A stretch of 64,000 bases of DNA, taken from Eubacteriales bacterium (GTDB lineage: Bacteria; Bacillota; Clostridia; Oscillospirales; CAG-272). Below, one piece after another: positions 50,897 through 60,993 of the stretch. Both the position numbers and the translations under genes were made by a program. Location of the stretch: positions 19,313 to 83,312 of the forward strand of contig JAZQYP010000025.1 of assembly GCA_045633625.1 (NCBI GenBank). Reading direction: 5' to 3'. Position 1 is the first letter of the stretch. The number at the start of each line of letters is the position of its first letter. Below the pieces are notes generated by a model. The model searched no databases. It had not been told where the DNA came from and saw nothing but the letters and a program-made list of their open reading frames with translations.

Positions 50897-51445
50897 ATGA
50901 ATGAACAAAATCTAAAGAAGAAGTTAACCGTGATGATCGTAACCGTCGTACTCCTTTCATTGGGACTTGCGATTACCAGCTTTGCCTTGGCAAGCTCTAT
51001 CGTCAGCATACGGAACAACCGTTTTACCATGAGTATGGGAGTTGATCTTACGATTAACGATGGAAAACCCATTGTTGACGTAACCGATATGGTTTATGAG
51101 CCCGGTGGAACCTATACAAGCGAATTTCCCATTGCTAACCTCGGCACGTTTGATGTGTGGTATCGTGTTTATCTTACGGGTGTGGACGGTGAATTAAAGG
51201 ACGATATTACCGTCACCATCAAGGAAAAGGACGGAACTGTTCTCGGCAAGGGTACGATGAACCAATTGACCGCCGATAAGGCAATGACAGGCAGTCTTGC
51301 CGCAGGAGAAGAAAAAACGCTTATCATTGAATTCTATTTCTCCCCCGATGCCGATAACAGTGCGCAGGGTCAAACCGTGTCTTTTAATATCACGGCAGAC
51401 GCAACGCAGAAGAAAAACAATCCCGACAAGGATTTCGGTAATTGA
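50897..51445 (+). CDS. Small TasA/camelysin-family protein
   Basis: Signal/anchor LTVMIVTVVLLSLGLAITSFALASS, then a single beta-rich domain ending ADATQ...DKDFG, like the junction motif of the large paralogs. Confidence 0.55.
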   Translation: MNEQNLKKKLTVMIVTVVLLSLGLAITSFALASSIVSIRNNRFTMSMGVDLTINDGKPIVDVTDMVYEPGGTYTSEFPIANLGTFDVWYRVYLTGVDGELKDDITVTIKEKDGTVLGKGTMNQLTADKAMTGSLAAGEEKTLIIEFYFSPDADNSAQGQTVSFNITADATQKKNNPDKDFGN

Positions 51446-51456
51446 GGGAGGACAGT

Positions 51457-52182
51457 ATGAAAAAAGCATTACAAATAACAAAGACCGTATTGGTTTGGCT
51501 TGTAGTCGCCATTGCGGTCGGTATGATGATATTTACGCTGATCTCGGTCAGTACATTCGATAAGACCGACAGAAACATATTCGGCTTCAAGTTCTTTATC
51601 GTCACGAGTGATTCGATGGCAGCCACTGACTTTGACGCAGGCGATATTGCGATATCGAAGAATGTTGACCCCAAAACGTTGAAAGAGGGCGACATAATTA
51701 CCTTCTTGTCGCAAGACCACGATAACTTCGGCGAGGTGGTTACGCATAAGATCAGAAGATTGACGACCGATGCAAACGGACGTCCCGGATTCGTTACCTA
51801 CGGTACTACGACTGATACCGATGACAGAACTGTTGTAACACATGAATACGTTGTCGGACAGTACGTTGGCAGAATACCGAAGGTGGGTTCGTTCTTTATG
51901 TTTCTTAAAACGACGCCCGGTTATATTCTTTGTATTCTTCTTCCTTTTCTGCTTCTTATTCTGTCTCAGGGACTTAATTGTATCCGTTTGTTCCGTCAAT
52001 ACAAAAAGGAACAAATGGACGAAATGAAGGCAGAAAGAGAAAAGATCGAGCAAGAACGCGCTGAAAGTCAGCGTATGATGGCAGAGCTGCTGGAGCTCAA
52101 AGCCCAGCTTGCCAAACAAGACGGTGGGGCAACGTCTCCCGCCGATCCTGCGTCCGAGGATATCACAACGGACGAAGCATAA
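51457..52182 (+). CDS. sipW: SipW-type (ER/archaeal-type) signal peptidase I with a C-terminal TM and coiled-coil tail
   Basis: GAGGGAGGacagt-ATG. Catalytic-Ser box FIVTSDSMAAT, GDIITF, VVTHKI His box. Confidence 0.8.
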   Translation: MKKALQITKTVLVWLVVAIAVGMMIFTLISVSTFDKTDRNIFGFKFFIVTSDSMAATDFDAGDIAISKNVDPKTLKEGDIITFLSQDHDNFGEVVTHKIRRLTTDANGRPGFVTYGTTTDTDDRTVVTHEYVVGQYVGRIPKVGSFFMFLKTTPGYILCILLPFLLLILSQGLNCIRLFRQYKKEQMDEMKAEREKIEQERAESQRMMAELLELKAQLAKQDGGATSPADPASEDITTDEA

Positions 52183-52254
52183 TAGGTGTTTAGCGGAAAA
52201 GCCGCTTTACATAGTTAGTCTGACAAAAATATACCAAGAAGGAGGTTAAACAAA

Positions 52255-54366
52255 ATGACTAACACAAGATCCACAAAGCGCGCACTTCTCGCAAGCTTCA
52301 TGGCACTGCTCCTTTGCTTTTCCATGCTGCTTAGCACGACGTTCGCGTGGTTTACCGACTCTGTAACGAGCGGAAACAACATTATCCAATCCGGTAATCT
52401 TGACATAGAGCTTGAATACTGGAACGGAACCGCTTGGGCGGATGTAAAAGATGCTTCTGACATCCTTACCAACACCCTTTGGGAGCCCGGCGTAACCGAG
52501 GTTGCATACCTCAGAGTTGCCAACGCAGGTTCTCTCGCACTCAAGTATCAGCTTGGGATCAACATTCTCAACGAGCTTGAGGGCAAAAACCAGAAAGAAG
52601 AGACTTTCAAGCTCTCCGATTACATTATGTTCGGCGTAATTGAGGGCGTAAATGGTGAGACCACACCTTACCCCAAGGATGACGCAGGCAGAGCCGCAGC
52701 TATCACTGCTGTAACCGATGCTAAGATCATTTCTGCTGGCTACACCAAGGCATCTACCATGAATCCCGATGACGAGCTTTATCTCGCACTGGTAGTTTAT
52801 ATGCCTACAGATACTAATGATGTTGCTAACCACAACGGCACCGACATTCCTCAGATCGATCTTGGTATCAACGTATTTGCTACTCAGGTTGAAGCAGATC
52901 TTGAGACTGATAGCTTCGGTCCCGACTACGATAAGGACGCTTCGGCTTTTGTTTCTTCTGCTGATGAGCTGAGAGCGGCCATTGCAAATGTTAAGGATGG
53001 TGGCACGGTTTATGTAAATGATGGAACTTATAACATCAACAGCCAGCTCACCATTCCTGGAAAATCTGTTAACATCGTTGGTGTTGGTGAAAATGCAGTC
53101 ATTCATATGACCGACACAAGAGTTAACTACAACAAGATTTTCTACATTTACGGAAGTGCTGACGGTGAGGATGTAACTGTTAATATTAGCAATGTTACTT
53201 TGACCGCAGACATCGCTACCAAGTCTGACATTTGGATCAGAACCGATGGACCGAATGGTGAGAAGGTTAACGGCAATGTTACCGTAAATCTTGATAACGT
53301 TACTTGCGCTTCTATTATTTGCGACAACAACTACGTTGACGGTGATACTGTTAATCTTAAGATTGCGAACAGTAACGTTAAGAAGGTCGCTTTGGATGCA
53401 TCTCCGTTCAATGGTAATGGTCTCAATACCTACACAAACTTGACCTATAATGCTACAAGAATTGATAGCATAACCATTAGCTCTTTGGTTGAAGATCTTA
53501 CTCACATCACGATAAATGGTGTTAACCCCACTGCGACCGGTGAGCAGCAGACTCTGACATATGTTGATACTGCTGAGGAACTGCAAAGTGCTTTGGACAA
53601 TGCGGTTGACGGCGACGTCATCGTTCTCGGCGCTGACATTACGGGTGATGTAATGGCTACTCAGAAGCCTGATGTGAAGATTACTGTTGACGGTAACGGT
53701 CATGAGTTCAACGGAGTGTTCACTGTTAACGGTAAGAGCGCAGCTTATGCCACCGCTGCAATTACAATTCAAAATGTGAATTTCAATGCTGAAGGCATTT
53801 CCAAAGATGCGAGCATCAGATTTGGTGGAGACAACTCGATGCTTTACGTAGCGAACGTAACCGTTAAAAACTGTACTTTCACAGGCAATCTTGCAGATGA
53901 AAAGGTTGGCGTTAAGTCCTATACGGGCGGCGATAAAAATATTACCATTACTGGCTGTACGGCAACCGGAATGCACTCCTTGGCTCAGCTTTATGTTACC
54001 GAGGGCGTGACCATCACTGATTGTGAGATAGACAACAGTAAGAGCGGAATCAGTGTGCGTTCTTCTACAAATGTACTTATTTCAGATTGCAATATCAATA
54101 CAACAGTTTATGGTATCCGTGCTGACGGTGGTGCTTGCACACAGACCATCAAGAACAATACTATTACTGCAAAGCAGCCCATTGTTGTTCGCAAACTCAC
54201 TTCTGCTGGATACGTGCTTAACCTTGAAGGCAACACCTTGACAACTACATCCACAGACGGCTATCAGGTTATCCTGACAACCGGTGATGATGAAGCGGCA
54301 TACGTTGCTCCCGATGCCGGTAACTACACAGTTAACGGTCAGTCTGAGTTGAACTTCTTCAAATAA
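52255..54366 (+). CDS. SipW-dependent secreted protein 1: TasA-like N-domain + right-handed beta-helix (PbH1-type) C-domain
   Basis: Signal KRALLASFMALLLCFSMLLSTTFAWFTDSVTSGNNII. PbH1-like repeats (ITITGCTATG..., VTITDCEIDNSKSGISV, VLISDCNINTTVYGIRA). Confidence 0.7.
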   Translation: MTNTRSTKRALLASFMALLLCFSMLLSTTFAWFTDSVTSGNNIIQSGNLDIELEYWNGTAWADVKDASDILTNTLWEPGVTEVAYLRVANAGSLALKYQLGINILNELEGKNQKEETFKLSDYIMFGVIEGVNGETTPYPKDDAGRAAAITAVTDAKIISAGYTKASTMNPDDELYLALVVYMPTDTNDVANHNGTDIPQIDLGINVFATQVEADLETDSFGPDYDKDASAFVSSADELRAAIANVKDGGTVYVNDGTYNINSQLTIPGKSVNIVGVGENAVIHMTDTRVNYNKIFYIYGSADGEDVTVNISNVTLTADIATKSDIWIRTDGPNGEKVNGNVTVNLDNVTCASIICDNNYVDGDTVNLKIANSNVKKVALDASPFNGNGLNTYTNLTYNATRIDSITISSLVEDLTHITINGVNPTATGEQQTLTYVDTAEELQSALDNAVDGDVIVLGADITGDVMATQKPDVKITVDGNGHEFNGVFTVNGKSAAYATAAITIQNVNFNAEGISKDASIRFGGDNSMLYVANVTVKNCTFTGNLADEKVGVKSYTGGDKNITITGCTATGMHSLAQLYVTEGVTITDCEIDNSKSGISVRSSTNVLISDCNINTTVYGIRADGGACTQTIKNNTITAKQPIVVRKLTSAGYVLNLEGNTLTTTSTDGYQVILTTGDDEAAYVAPDAGNYTVNGQSELNFFK

Positions 54367-54510
54367 GAAATCCGTAATAGCTGTTCTTCCGAATTTCTCG
54401 GTGATTGAATAGTAAAACGCTCATAGGCTGAGGTGATGGTTACACAGTTACCACGAAGCCGAAAGCACAACAAACGACTGCTCTCGTAGCAGATGTCACA
54501 AACAAAGTCA

Positions 54511-54577
54511 CCCAACTCCTTCGGGAGTTGGGCGGCAATTAAAGAGCATAAATCCGTTTGTGTTTTTTAATTGCTGA
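54511..54577 (+). terminator. GC hairpin plus U-tract terminator module (copy 1 of a 55-nt repeat)
   Basis: cccaactcc-ttcg-ggagttggg, then agcata..tgtgtt followed by TTTTTT. The stretch 54523-54577 is nearly identical to 62877-62931. Confidence 0.55.
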
Positions 54578-54816
54578 GAGATATAAATTCAAGGCAAGAA
54601 ATTCCGAGCTGAAAGGAGAAATTGAATTATAAAACAAGCTCAAAAAGCAAAATGCACAACATTTGGGATGTGTTTTTGCAAGATTGTGCAATAACCAACT
54701 CTCACAAAGACAAGGTTAAAGACGACAAATAATCGTTTTCGATTTGCGTTTTGCCGATATGGTCGAATAACGATTCCGAAACACATATTGGCAAAATCAA
54801 ACAGGAGGTCATTGGA

Positions 54817-56910
54817 ATGATGAAAAGAAACACAAAATCCGCTTTGCTTTCAAGTGTTCTTGCTTTGTTTCTTTGTTTCACGATGTTGCTGGGGACGACA
54901 TTCGCCTGGTTTACAGACAGCGTGACAAGTGCAAACAACCTGATCCGTTCCGGTAATCTTGACGTTGAGCTTGATTATTGGGACGCTGAAAACAGTGAGT
55001 GGAAAACCATTGAGGGAACCAGCTCTCTCTTTGCTAACAACCTTTGGGAGCCCGGTCACACCGAAGTTGTGTACCTCAAGCTCTCTAACCTTGGTTCTCT
55101 TGCTCTCAAATATCAGCTCAGCATCAACGTGCTGTCCGAAACTGAGGGTACAAATAAAGAAGGTGATACCTTTAAGCTTTCCGAGTACATTCAGATGGGT
55201 GTTAAAGAAGGTATTAACGGCGAGACTAATGCTTATGCTGACCGTGCAACAGCTGTTGAAGCTGTAAAGGATGCATCCGGTATCATCGGTGATGGCTACG
55301 CCAAGTCTGGTGAAATGATTGCTGATGCCGACGAGCTTTATATGGCTGTTGTAGTCTATATGCCGGAGACAGTTGACAACGAAGCAAATGCTATGACAGA
55401 CACCGACCTTCCCACCATCAACCTCGGCTTACAGGTGCTCGCAACGCAGTATGAGGCAGAGGATGATAGCTTTGATAATCAATACGATACAGGTCTTGAT
55501 CCAACAACAAGTTATATGTTCTCGGGAGCAGATCTACACAATTCTACTACGAGGTCCGGTAATTTCAAATTGTCTGAAGACATTAAAACCTCTGAAAGCA
55601 CTGCCCGTTATGGTTGGGGATATGAGTACATCATCAGAAATGGTGCTGACTACACTTTAGATCTGAATGGCAAAACAATCGTTCACGACACCATCAATGA
55701 AAATGCAAACAATAATGCACTCACCTATCTGTTTGTAGCTAACCACGCAGGCACCAAGCTGACTATCAACGGAGAAGGAAAAATCTACTCCAATAATAGT
55801 GCGGGTTGGACTTGTGCAGTACAAGGTAAGGATGGCACATTAGTTACCATTAACGGAGGAGATTTTGAAGTAGATAATGGTATTGCCGTTTGGGCTGGTG
55901 CAGGCTCCCATATTATTATCAATGGCGGTAGTTATGTCAACGGCAACGCAAATACGGATCACGAGCTTGTCTATTCCAGTGGCGGCGTGATCGATATTTA
56001 TGGCGGCTTCTTCCACAATACAGATGGCAATTATACCTTGAATGTTGAAGACAGAAACCGCGCAACCTCTGCTATCAACGTATACGGCGGCACCTTTGTG
56101 AACTTCGATCCCTCCACAGGCGGTCAGGATCCCGATCAGATCAAGGTTGCAGACGGTTATATGGTGAAAGAAAAAGCTCAGGAAAACGGTGACGTTTGGT
56201 ACACTGTAGTTCCGATTCCCGAGGGAACTGAAACCGTGTCCTCTTATGAGTCGCTTACGGATGCGAGCGGTACAAGCGGAGATCACGTTTTGGTTGGAGA
56301 TGTGGTTGCGACCGACAAGGTTTACTTTGGCGATAACACTACCAACACCATCGATTTGAACGGTAAATCCGTTTCCGCTACGGGAGACTATCTCTTTGCA
56401 ACAAGCGGTGAGAATTGTGTGTTAACCATCAACGGTGAGGGCGATATTTCTGCTAATGCCAGTTTCGCGGGCTTTGCGAACAACAGTGGTGAACTGAATA
56501 TTAACGGTGGTACATATCAACTTGGGGAAACCACGAAAACAGCACATTTTTATTCGCAGAATTCAGGCACAATAGTAATCAATGACGGCACCTTTATTTC
56601 TACTGATTCGGATACGCCGATTGTGTACTGCATAAATGGATTTATTGAAATCAATGGTGGATTCTTCCAAAACACCGCAAATCCCAATGCTGCACTTATC
56701 AGTATGGGTAACAATCTCAATTATGTTAACAACCAAAAGGTTACGCTTAGTGGTGGAACCTTCGTAAACTGGAATCCTGTAGTTGACAGTGCATTTGCTT
56801 ACGATTGGCCGCAATGTCCTGCACTGATCGTTCTTGCTGATGGATATCAGATGATTTCCGAAACACAGGCGAACGGGGACGTTTGGTATATGGTTGTTCC
56901 GATTGACTGA
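54817..56910 (+). CDS. SipW-dependent secreted protein 2: TasA-like N-domain + beta-helix-like C-domain
   Basis: AGGAGGtcattgga-ATG. KSALLSSVLALFLCFTMLLGTTFAWFTDSVTSANNLI. The ING(G/E)G...F motifs and the ADGY..(K/E)..ENGDVWY.VVPI element are each repeated twice. Confidence 0.7.
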   Translation: MMKRNTKSALLSSVLALFLCFTMLLGTTFAWFTDSVTSANNLIRSGNLDVELDYWDAENSEWKTIEGTSSLFANNLWEPGHTEVVYLKLSNLGSLALKYQLSINVLSETEGTNKEGDTFKLSEYIQMGVKEGINGETNAYADRATAVEAVKDASGIIGDGYAKSGEMIADADELYMAVVVYMPETVDNEANAMTDTDLPTINLGLQVLATQYEAEDDSFDNQYDTGLDPTTSYMFSGADLHNSTTRSGNFKLSEDIKTSESTARYGWGYEYIIRNGADYTLDLNGKTIVHDTINENANNNALTYLFVANHAGTKLTINGEGKIYSNNSAGWTCAVQGKDGTLVTINGGDFEVDNGIAVWAGAGSHIIINGGSYVNGNANTDHELVYSSGGVIDIYGGFFHNTDGNYTLNVEDRNRATSAINVYGGTFVNFDPSTGGQDPDQIKVADGYMVKEKAQENGDVWYTVVPIPEGTETVSSYESLTDASGTSGDHVLVGDVVATDKVYFGDNTTNTIDLNGKSVSATGDYLFATSGENCVLTINGEGDISANASFAGFANNSGELNINGGTYQLGETTKTAHFYSQNSGTIVINDGTFISTDSDTPIVYCINGFIEINGGFFQNTANPNAALISMGNNLNYVNNQKVTLSGGTFVNWNPVVDSAFAYDWPQCPALIVLADGYQMISETQANGDVWYMVVPID

Positions 56911-56919
56911 TTAAAAATC

Positions 56920-56949
56920 CTTCCTAACTCCTTTCGGGGAGTTAGGAAG
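56920..56949 (+). other. GC hairpin of the same family (no U-tract)
   Basis: cttcctaactcc-tttcgg-ggagttaggaag. Confidence 0.5.
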
Positions 56950-56975
56950 AACAGCGAAAAACGAGGTTATTACAA

Positions 56976-59375
56976 ATGACAAAAATGAAAACAACAAAAA
57001 GCGCTCTTGTTTTGAGCATAGTATCACTGTTCCTTTGTTTTACAATGCTCATCGGGACGACATTCGCTTGGTTCACCGACAGTGTGACGAGTGCAAATAA
57101 CATTATCAAGTCGGGTAATCTTGATATCGAGCTTTATCATACCGATGATAAAGCCGACCGCGTAAAGGTTGATAGTGATACAGTGCTATTTGATGATGTT
57201 TCCCTTTGGGAGCCCGGCGCAGTCGTTTACGAAACTTTTGAGGTTGTGAACGAGGGTGATCTCGCACTCAAATATCAGCTTTCTGTTAACGTAGCGAATG
57301 CAACAGCAAACGCTAATGGCAACACACTTTCCGATATTTTGAAGGTGGGCGTTATTGAAGGTGGTACGACCATCACCGACCGCACTGCTTTAATCGGTTG
57401 TGTAGCGGAATGGAAAGCACTTTCTTCATTCGTTGAGGCAGGTAATCTTGTCGAGAAAAATGAAAATGACATATACACAATCGTTATCTATTGGGAACCG
57501 AGTGAATACGATAACGATTACAATATGAACAACGGCGAAGGTGCTCCCCTTACGCTTGATATTGGGGTAACACTCTTTGCAACTCAGCTCACTGCGGAAA
57601 TGGATTCCTTTGGTGATGATTATGACGAATTCAGTGCAGTTACTACTGTTGCTGAGGCTGAAGCAATAATGGCACAAAACAAGGACGTTACCCTTGCAGG
57701 TTGCAACGAGCCTGATGGTGTCTTAAATATTCCTGCTGATTACACAGGTACATTGACTTTGGCGAATACTACTATTAAATCCGTGCAGGCTGAAAAGAAT
57801 GCGAATATTGTTATTCTTGGTAATGTAACAGTTGATGCTAACGGTAGCGGTATAGCTATGATGTCGTTGAACGAGGAAGCGTTTGATGGTTCTGCTATCA
57901 CCGCAAACGGCGAGTTGAATATTTCCGGTAGCGGAGCACTTACCGCCATTGCTGCTGATGTGACCGGCGCCTTCGGTATCGGCGGTATGAACGTAACTAA
58001 GCTTACGGTTAAAGATGTTCATATTGTAGACGTAAAGGGTAGCTTTGTCCAGCCTTTGTTCGTAAGCGATACAAAATATGGAAAGAGCGAGCCCGAGGGC
58101 GGAGCAGCAATCGGTTCTGGTTTTAACGGTGCGGAAATCAATCTGATTAACGTAACGATTGACAATGCACAAGGTGGCTCTAAGGCAGCAGGCATCGGTG
58201 CTCGTTATTGGACGGGTGTAACAATTAACATAATCGATTCTATCATTAAAAACGTAGAGGGCGGTAACGCTTCTGCCGGTATCGGTAGTAGCCGTGTAAG
58301 TGGTGATGCAACCGAGTCGGGCACGACGATCAGCATCACAAATTCCATCATAACCGCAAAAGGCGGTCAAGCGGGTGCGGGCATTGGCTCGGGATATGAT
58401 ACTCACTGCGGTTCCAATCAACCTATGTGTACAATCAACATTGCTGATTCCGCTATCAACGCTGAAGGCGGCAAGTATGCGGCAGGCGTTGGTACGGGTT
58501 ATCACAATGCAGCACTTAACGGTGAGATCAAGAATAGCACCGTAAATGCAAAGCCCGGTGAAGAATTTTACAAGGATTCTTACACTCTCGCTATGGACGT
58601 GGGCTTTGGTGTTATAGATCCTGCGCGTGAGGGTCAGCAGATCGATAGTAAGTTGATTTATAATGGCGTCGAAATCCGCCTCCCCTCCTGTGTAGTCGTT
58701 GCTAATGGCACAGAGCTTTCAGCCGCACTTGCGGAGGGTAAGAGCGTTATCCTCACCGATAATGTGGTTCTTGACGAGGCTCTCACTATTACGAAATCTG
58801 CTGTGATCCAGCTTAATGGCAAAACGCTGACCTCCAATGGACTTGATTTCCAAGCCGGTGCTACGATCAAGAACGGTGTCATTACGAGTGGTGGAAACAC
58901 TAATATGACTCCTCACATCAAAGTGTCTGGTGGCACATTGAATATGTATGATGTCACGGTAGACGTAAACCATCACCTGAACGCTAATGTATATTGGGCT
59001 GAGGCTACGGGCATTGAGGTGTGTAACGCATCCGCTATGTTTAATGACTGCCATATTAAGATTGATAATCCTACGGGAGCGCAGTGGGTTTACAGCTACG
59101 GTATCGGCTTGAATAATGCAACAGTAACGATGAACGGCGGTTCTATTACCGCAGATTGTGCAGAAGGAACTGCCGCAGAAGGACCTACCAATCCTAACGC
59201 AATTAGCTCTATGGGTGAATGTACCATAACACTTAACAGCGTAAATGTTGATGCTACCTATTACGCCACTACTGTTAATGGACATCTTACCATCAATACA
59301 ACGGATAAAAACATAACAAGTTCAGATGTTGTTGATAACAGCGGTGGTAGCCATACTCTGAACTATATTGACTGA
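56976..59375 (+). CDS. SipW-dependent secreted protein 3: TasA-like N-domain + Gly-rich beta-helix (GG.AAGIG repeats)
   Basis: KSALVLSIVSLFLCFTMLIGTTFAWFTDSVTSANNII. Repeats GGAAIGSG / GGSKAAGIG / GGNASAGIG / GGQAGAGIG / GGKYAAGVG. Confidence 0.7.
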   Translation: MTKMKTTKSALVLSIVSLFLCFTMLIGTTFAWFTDSVTSANNIIKSGNLDIELYHTDDKADRVKVDSDTVLFDDVSLWEPGAVVYETFEVVNEGDLALKYQLSVNVANATANANGNTLSDILKVGVIEGGTTITDRTALIGCVAEWKALSSFVEAGNLVEKNENDIYTIVIYWEPSEYDNDYNMNNGEGAPLTLDIGVTLFATQLTAEMDSFGDDYDEFSAVTTVAEAEAIMAQNKDVTLAGCNEPDGVLNIPADYTGTLTLANTTIKSVQAEKNANIVILGNVTVDANGSGIAMMSLNEEAFDGSAITANGELNISGSGALTAIAADVTGAFGIGGMNVTKLTVKDVHIVDVKGSFVQPLFVSDTKYGKSEPEGGAAIGSGFNGAEINLINVTIDNAQGGSKAAGIGARYWTGVTINIIDSIIKNVEGGNASAGIGSSRVSGDATESGTTISITNSIITAKGGQAGAGIGSGYDTHCGSNQPMCTINIADSAINAEGGKYAAGVGTGYHNAALNGEIKNSTVNAKPGEEFYKDSYTLAMDVGFGVIDPAREGQQIDSKLIYNGVEIRLPSCVVVANGTELSAALAEGKSVILTDNVVLDEALTITKSAVIQLNGKTLTSNGLDFQAGATIKNGVITSGGNTNMTPHIKVSGGTLNMYDVTVDVNHHLNANVYWAEATGIEVCNASAMFNDCHIKIDNPTGAQWVYSYGIGLNNATVTMNGGSITADCAEGTAAEGPTNPNAISSMGECTITLNSVNVDATYYATTVNGHLTINTTDKNITSSDVVDNSGGSHTLNYID

Positions 59376-59397
59376 TTTAAAAGGAGGTTATAACAGA

Positions 59398-60909
59398 ATG
59401 AAAAAGATAAAAAGCACTAAATCTGCTTTGATTTCCAGTGTTTTGGCACTGCTCCTTTGCTTCACAATGTTGCTTGGGACGACGTTCGCGTGGTTTACCG
59501 ACTCTGTAACGAGCGGAAACAACATTATCAAGTCCGGAAATCTTGACATTGAACTTGAATACTGGAATGGTACTGAATGGACAGATGTAAAGGACGCATC
59601 CGATATTCTCACCAATTCGCTTTGGGAACCCGGCGTAACCGAGGTAGCATACCTCAGAGTTGCAAATGCAGGCTCACTTGCTTTGAAGTATCAGCTTGGT
59701 GTAAATATTCTTTCCGAGAAAGAAGGAATCAACAAGGCTGGTGTCCCCCTCAAGCTTTCCGATTATATTATGTTCGGAGTCGTTGAAGGTGTGGACGGTT
59801 CGAGTGATGCTTATACCAAGGATGACGCAGGCAGAGCCGCAGCTATCGCTGCTGTAACCGACGCAAAGAAGATCTCTGCCGGATACACCAAGGAGGCAAC
59901 TATGGTCCCCGATGACGAGCTTTATCTCGCATTGGTGGTTTATATGCCTACCGACGTTAATGACGATGCTAATCACAACGGTGTCACTGTTCCTCAGATT
60001 GATCTCGGTATCACCATACTTGCTACCCAGTTTACTTATGAAAACGATAGCTTCGGTGATCAGCACGATAAAGATGCAAAGTATCCTGTAGTGTATGATT
60101 ATAAAGTCGACACTTTGGATGAATTAAAGGAAGCTTTTGCAAAAGGCGGCAATGTAATTCTTACCGATGATATTGAATTTGAGAAGCTGACTGCAATTGA
60201 ACCCGGCGCAGATGTTTATCTGAACCTGAACGGTAAAACAATTACCGTTGATGAAAACACTACGAGCAATACGCTTATCTGGGTTAAAGAGGGCGCAAAG
60301 CTTACCGTTGACGGTAATGGCACCATCGATTTGGGTAGCGTTTCCACAATGGCTATCTTTGCTCCCTACGGTGAGCTTGTAATTGAAAACGGCACCTTCA
60401 TCAGAGATGAGGTAACTGTCGTTACAAATTCTACAACCGGTCTTTTTATGGGTTGTAAGACCACTGCTTCCAATGTAACCATCAACGGTGGTTACTTTGA
60501 TCCCGGTTATTATGATGAAAACGCTGCAAATATAGAAGATATTCTCGCAGGTACTGCTGAATTTACCGAAACTGCGGATGATATTGCTAAGCGCGGCAAT
60601 TCTAAGGATGCTAACCTCGTTCGTGTAGCAGTTAAGGACAATATCTCTGTTATACTGAATCACTCCGGTTACGGTTCGTTCAAGGTTTATGGTGGCACCT
60701 TCGTGGGTGCTAACCCTGCGTGGGGTGATGAAGGTTGTATGCTTCCTACCACTCCCAACTATCTCCGTCCTTGGTCCTATTATCAGGGTGCTCTTCTTGA
60801 CGGTCAGACATTCAACGAGAACGAAATCGTTATTCCCGAAGGTTACACTATCACTAAGGGAACCACCGCTGATGGCGTACCTACTTATACGGTAGAGTAC
60901 AACAAGTAA
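59398..60909 (+). CDS. SipW-dependent secreted protein 4: N-domain nearly identical to protein 1, with a different C-domain
   Basis: AAAGGAGGttataacaga-ATG, 22 nt after the stop of protein 3. A 51-nt identity run links 59479-59529 to 52336-52386. Confidence 0.7.
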   Translation: MKKIKSTKSALISSVLALLLCFTMLLGTTFAWFTDSVTSGNNIIKSGNLDIELEYWNGTEWTDVKDASDILTNSLWEPGVTEVAYLRVANAGSLALKYQLGVNILSEKEGINKAGVPLKLSDYIMFGVVEGVDGSSDAYTKDDAGRAAAIAAVTDAKKISAGYTKEATMVPDDELYLALVVYMPTDVNDDANHNGVTVPQIDLGITILATQFTYENDSFGDQHDKDAKYPVVYDYKVDTLDELKEAFAKGGNVILTDDIEFEKLTAIEPGADVYLNLNGKTITVDENTTSNTLIWVKEGAKLTVDGNGTIDLGSVSTMAIFAPYGELVIENGTFIRDEVTVVTNSTTGLFMGCKTTASNVTINGGYFDPGYYDENAANIEDILAGTAEFTETADDIAKRGNSKDANLVRVAVKDNISVILNHSGYGSFKVYGGTFVGANPAWGDEGCMLPTTPNYLRPWSYYQGALLDGQTFNENEIVIPEGYTITKGTTADGVPTYTVEYNK

Positions 60910-60923
60910 GCGATCATCTATGT

Positions 60924-60954
60924 CCACCCACTCCCCTTTTTGTGGAGTGGGCGG
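60924..60954 (+). other. GC hairpin of the same family
   Basis: ccacccactcc-cctttttgt-ggagtgggcgg. Confidence 0.5.
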
Positions 60955-60993
60955 CAAAGATTGCTAACACGATGTTGATATGAGGTAAAAAAT

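Noticed and set aside
52246-53976. Very long minus-strand ORFs lying antisense to the large TasA-like/beta-helix genes: 52246-53976 (576 aa), 57723-58505, 58719-59285, 60124-60957, 62056-62892, and also 49166-49894.
   Set aside because: They lie fully inside + strand genes that have strong family motifs, signal peptides and RBSs. Their products are low-complexity (I/N/S/V/C/R-rich) and have no RBS. These are typical shadow ORFs of repeat-rich, stop-poor coding sequence.
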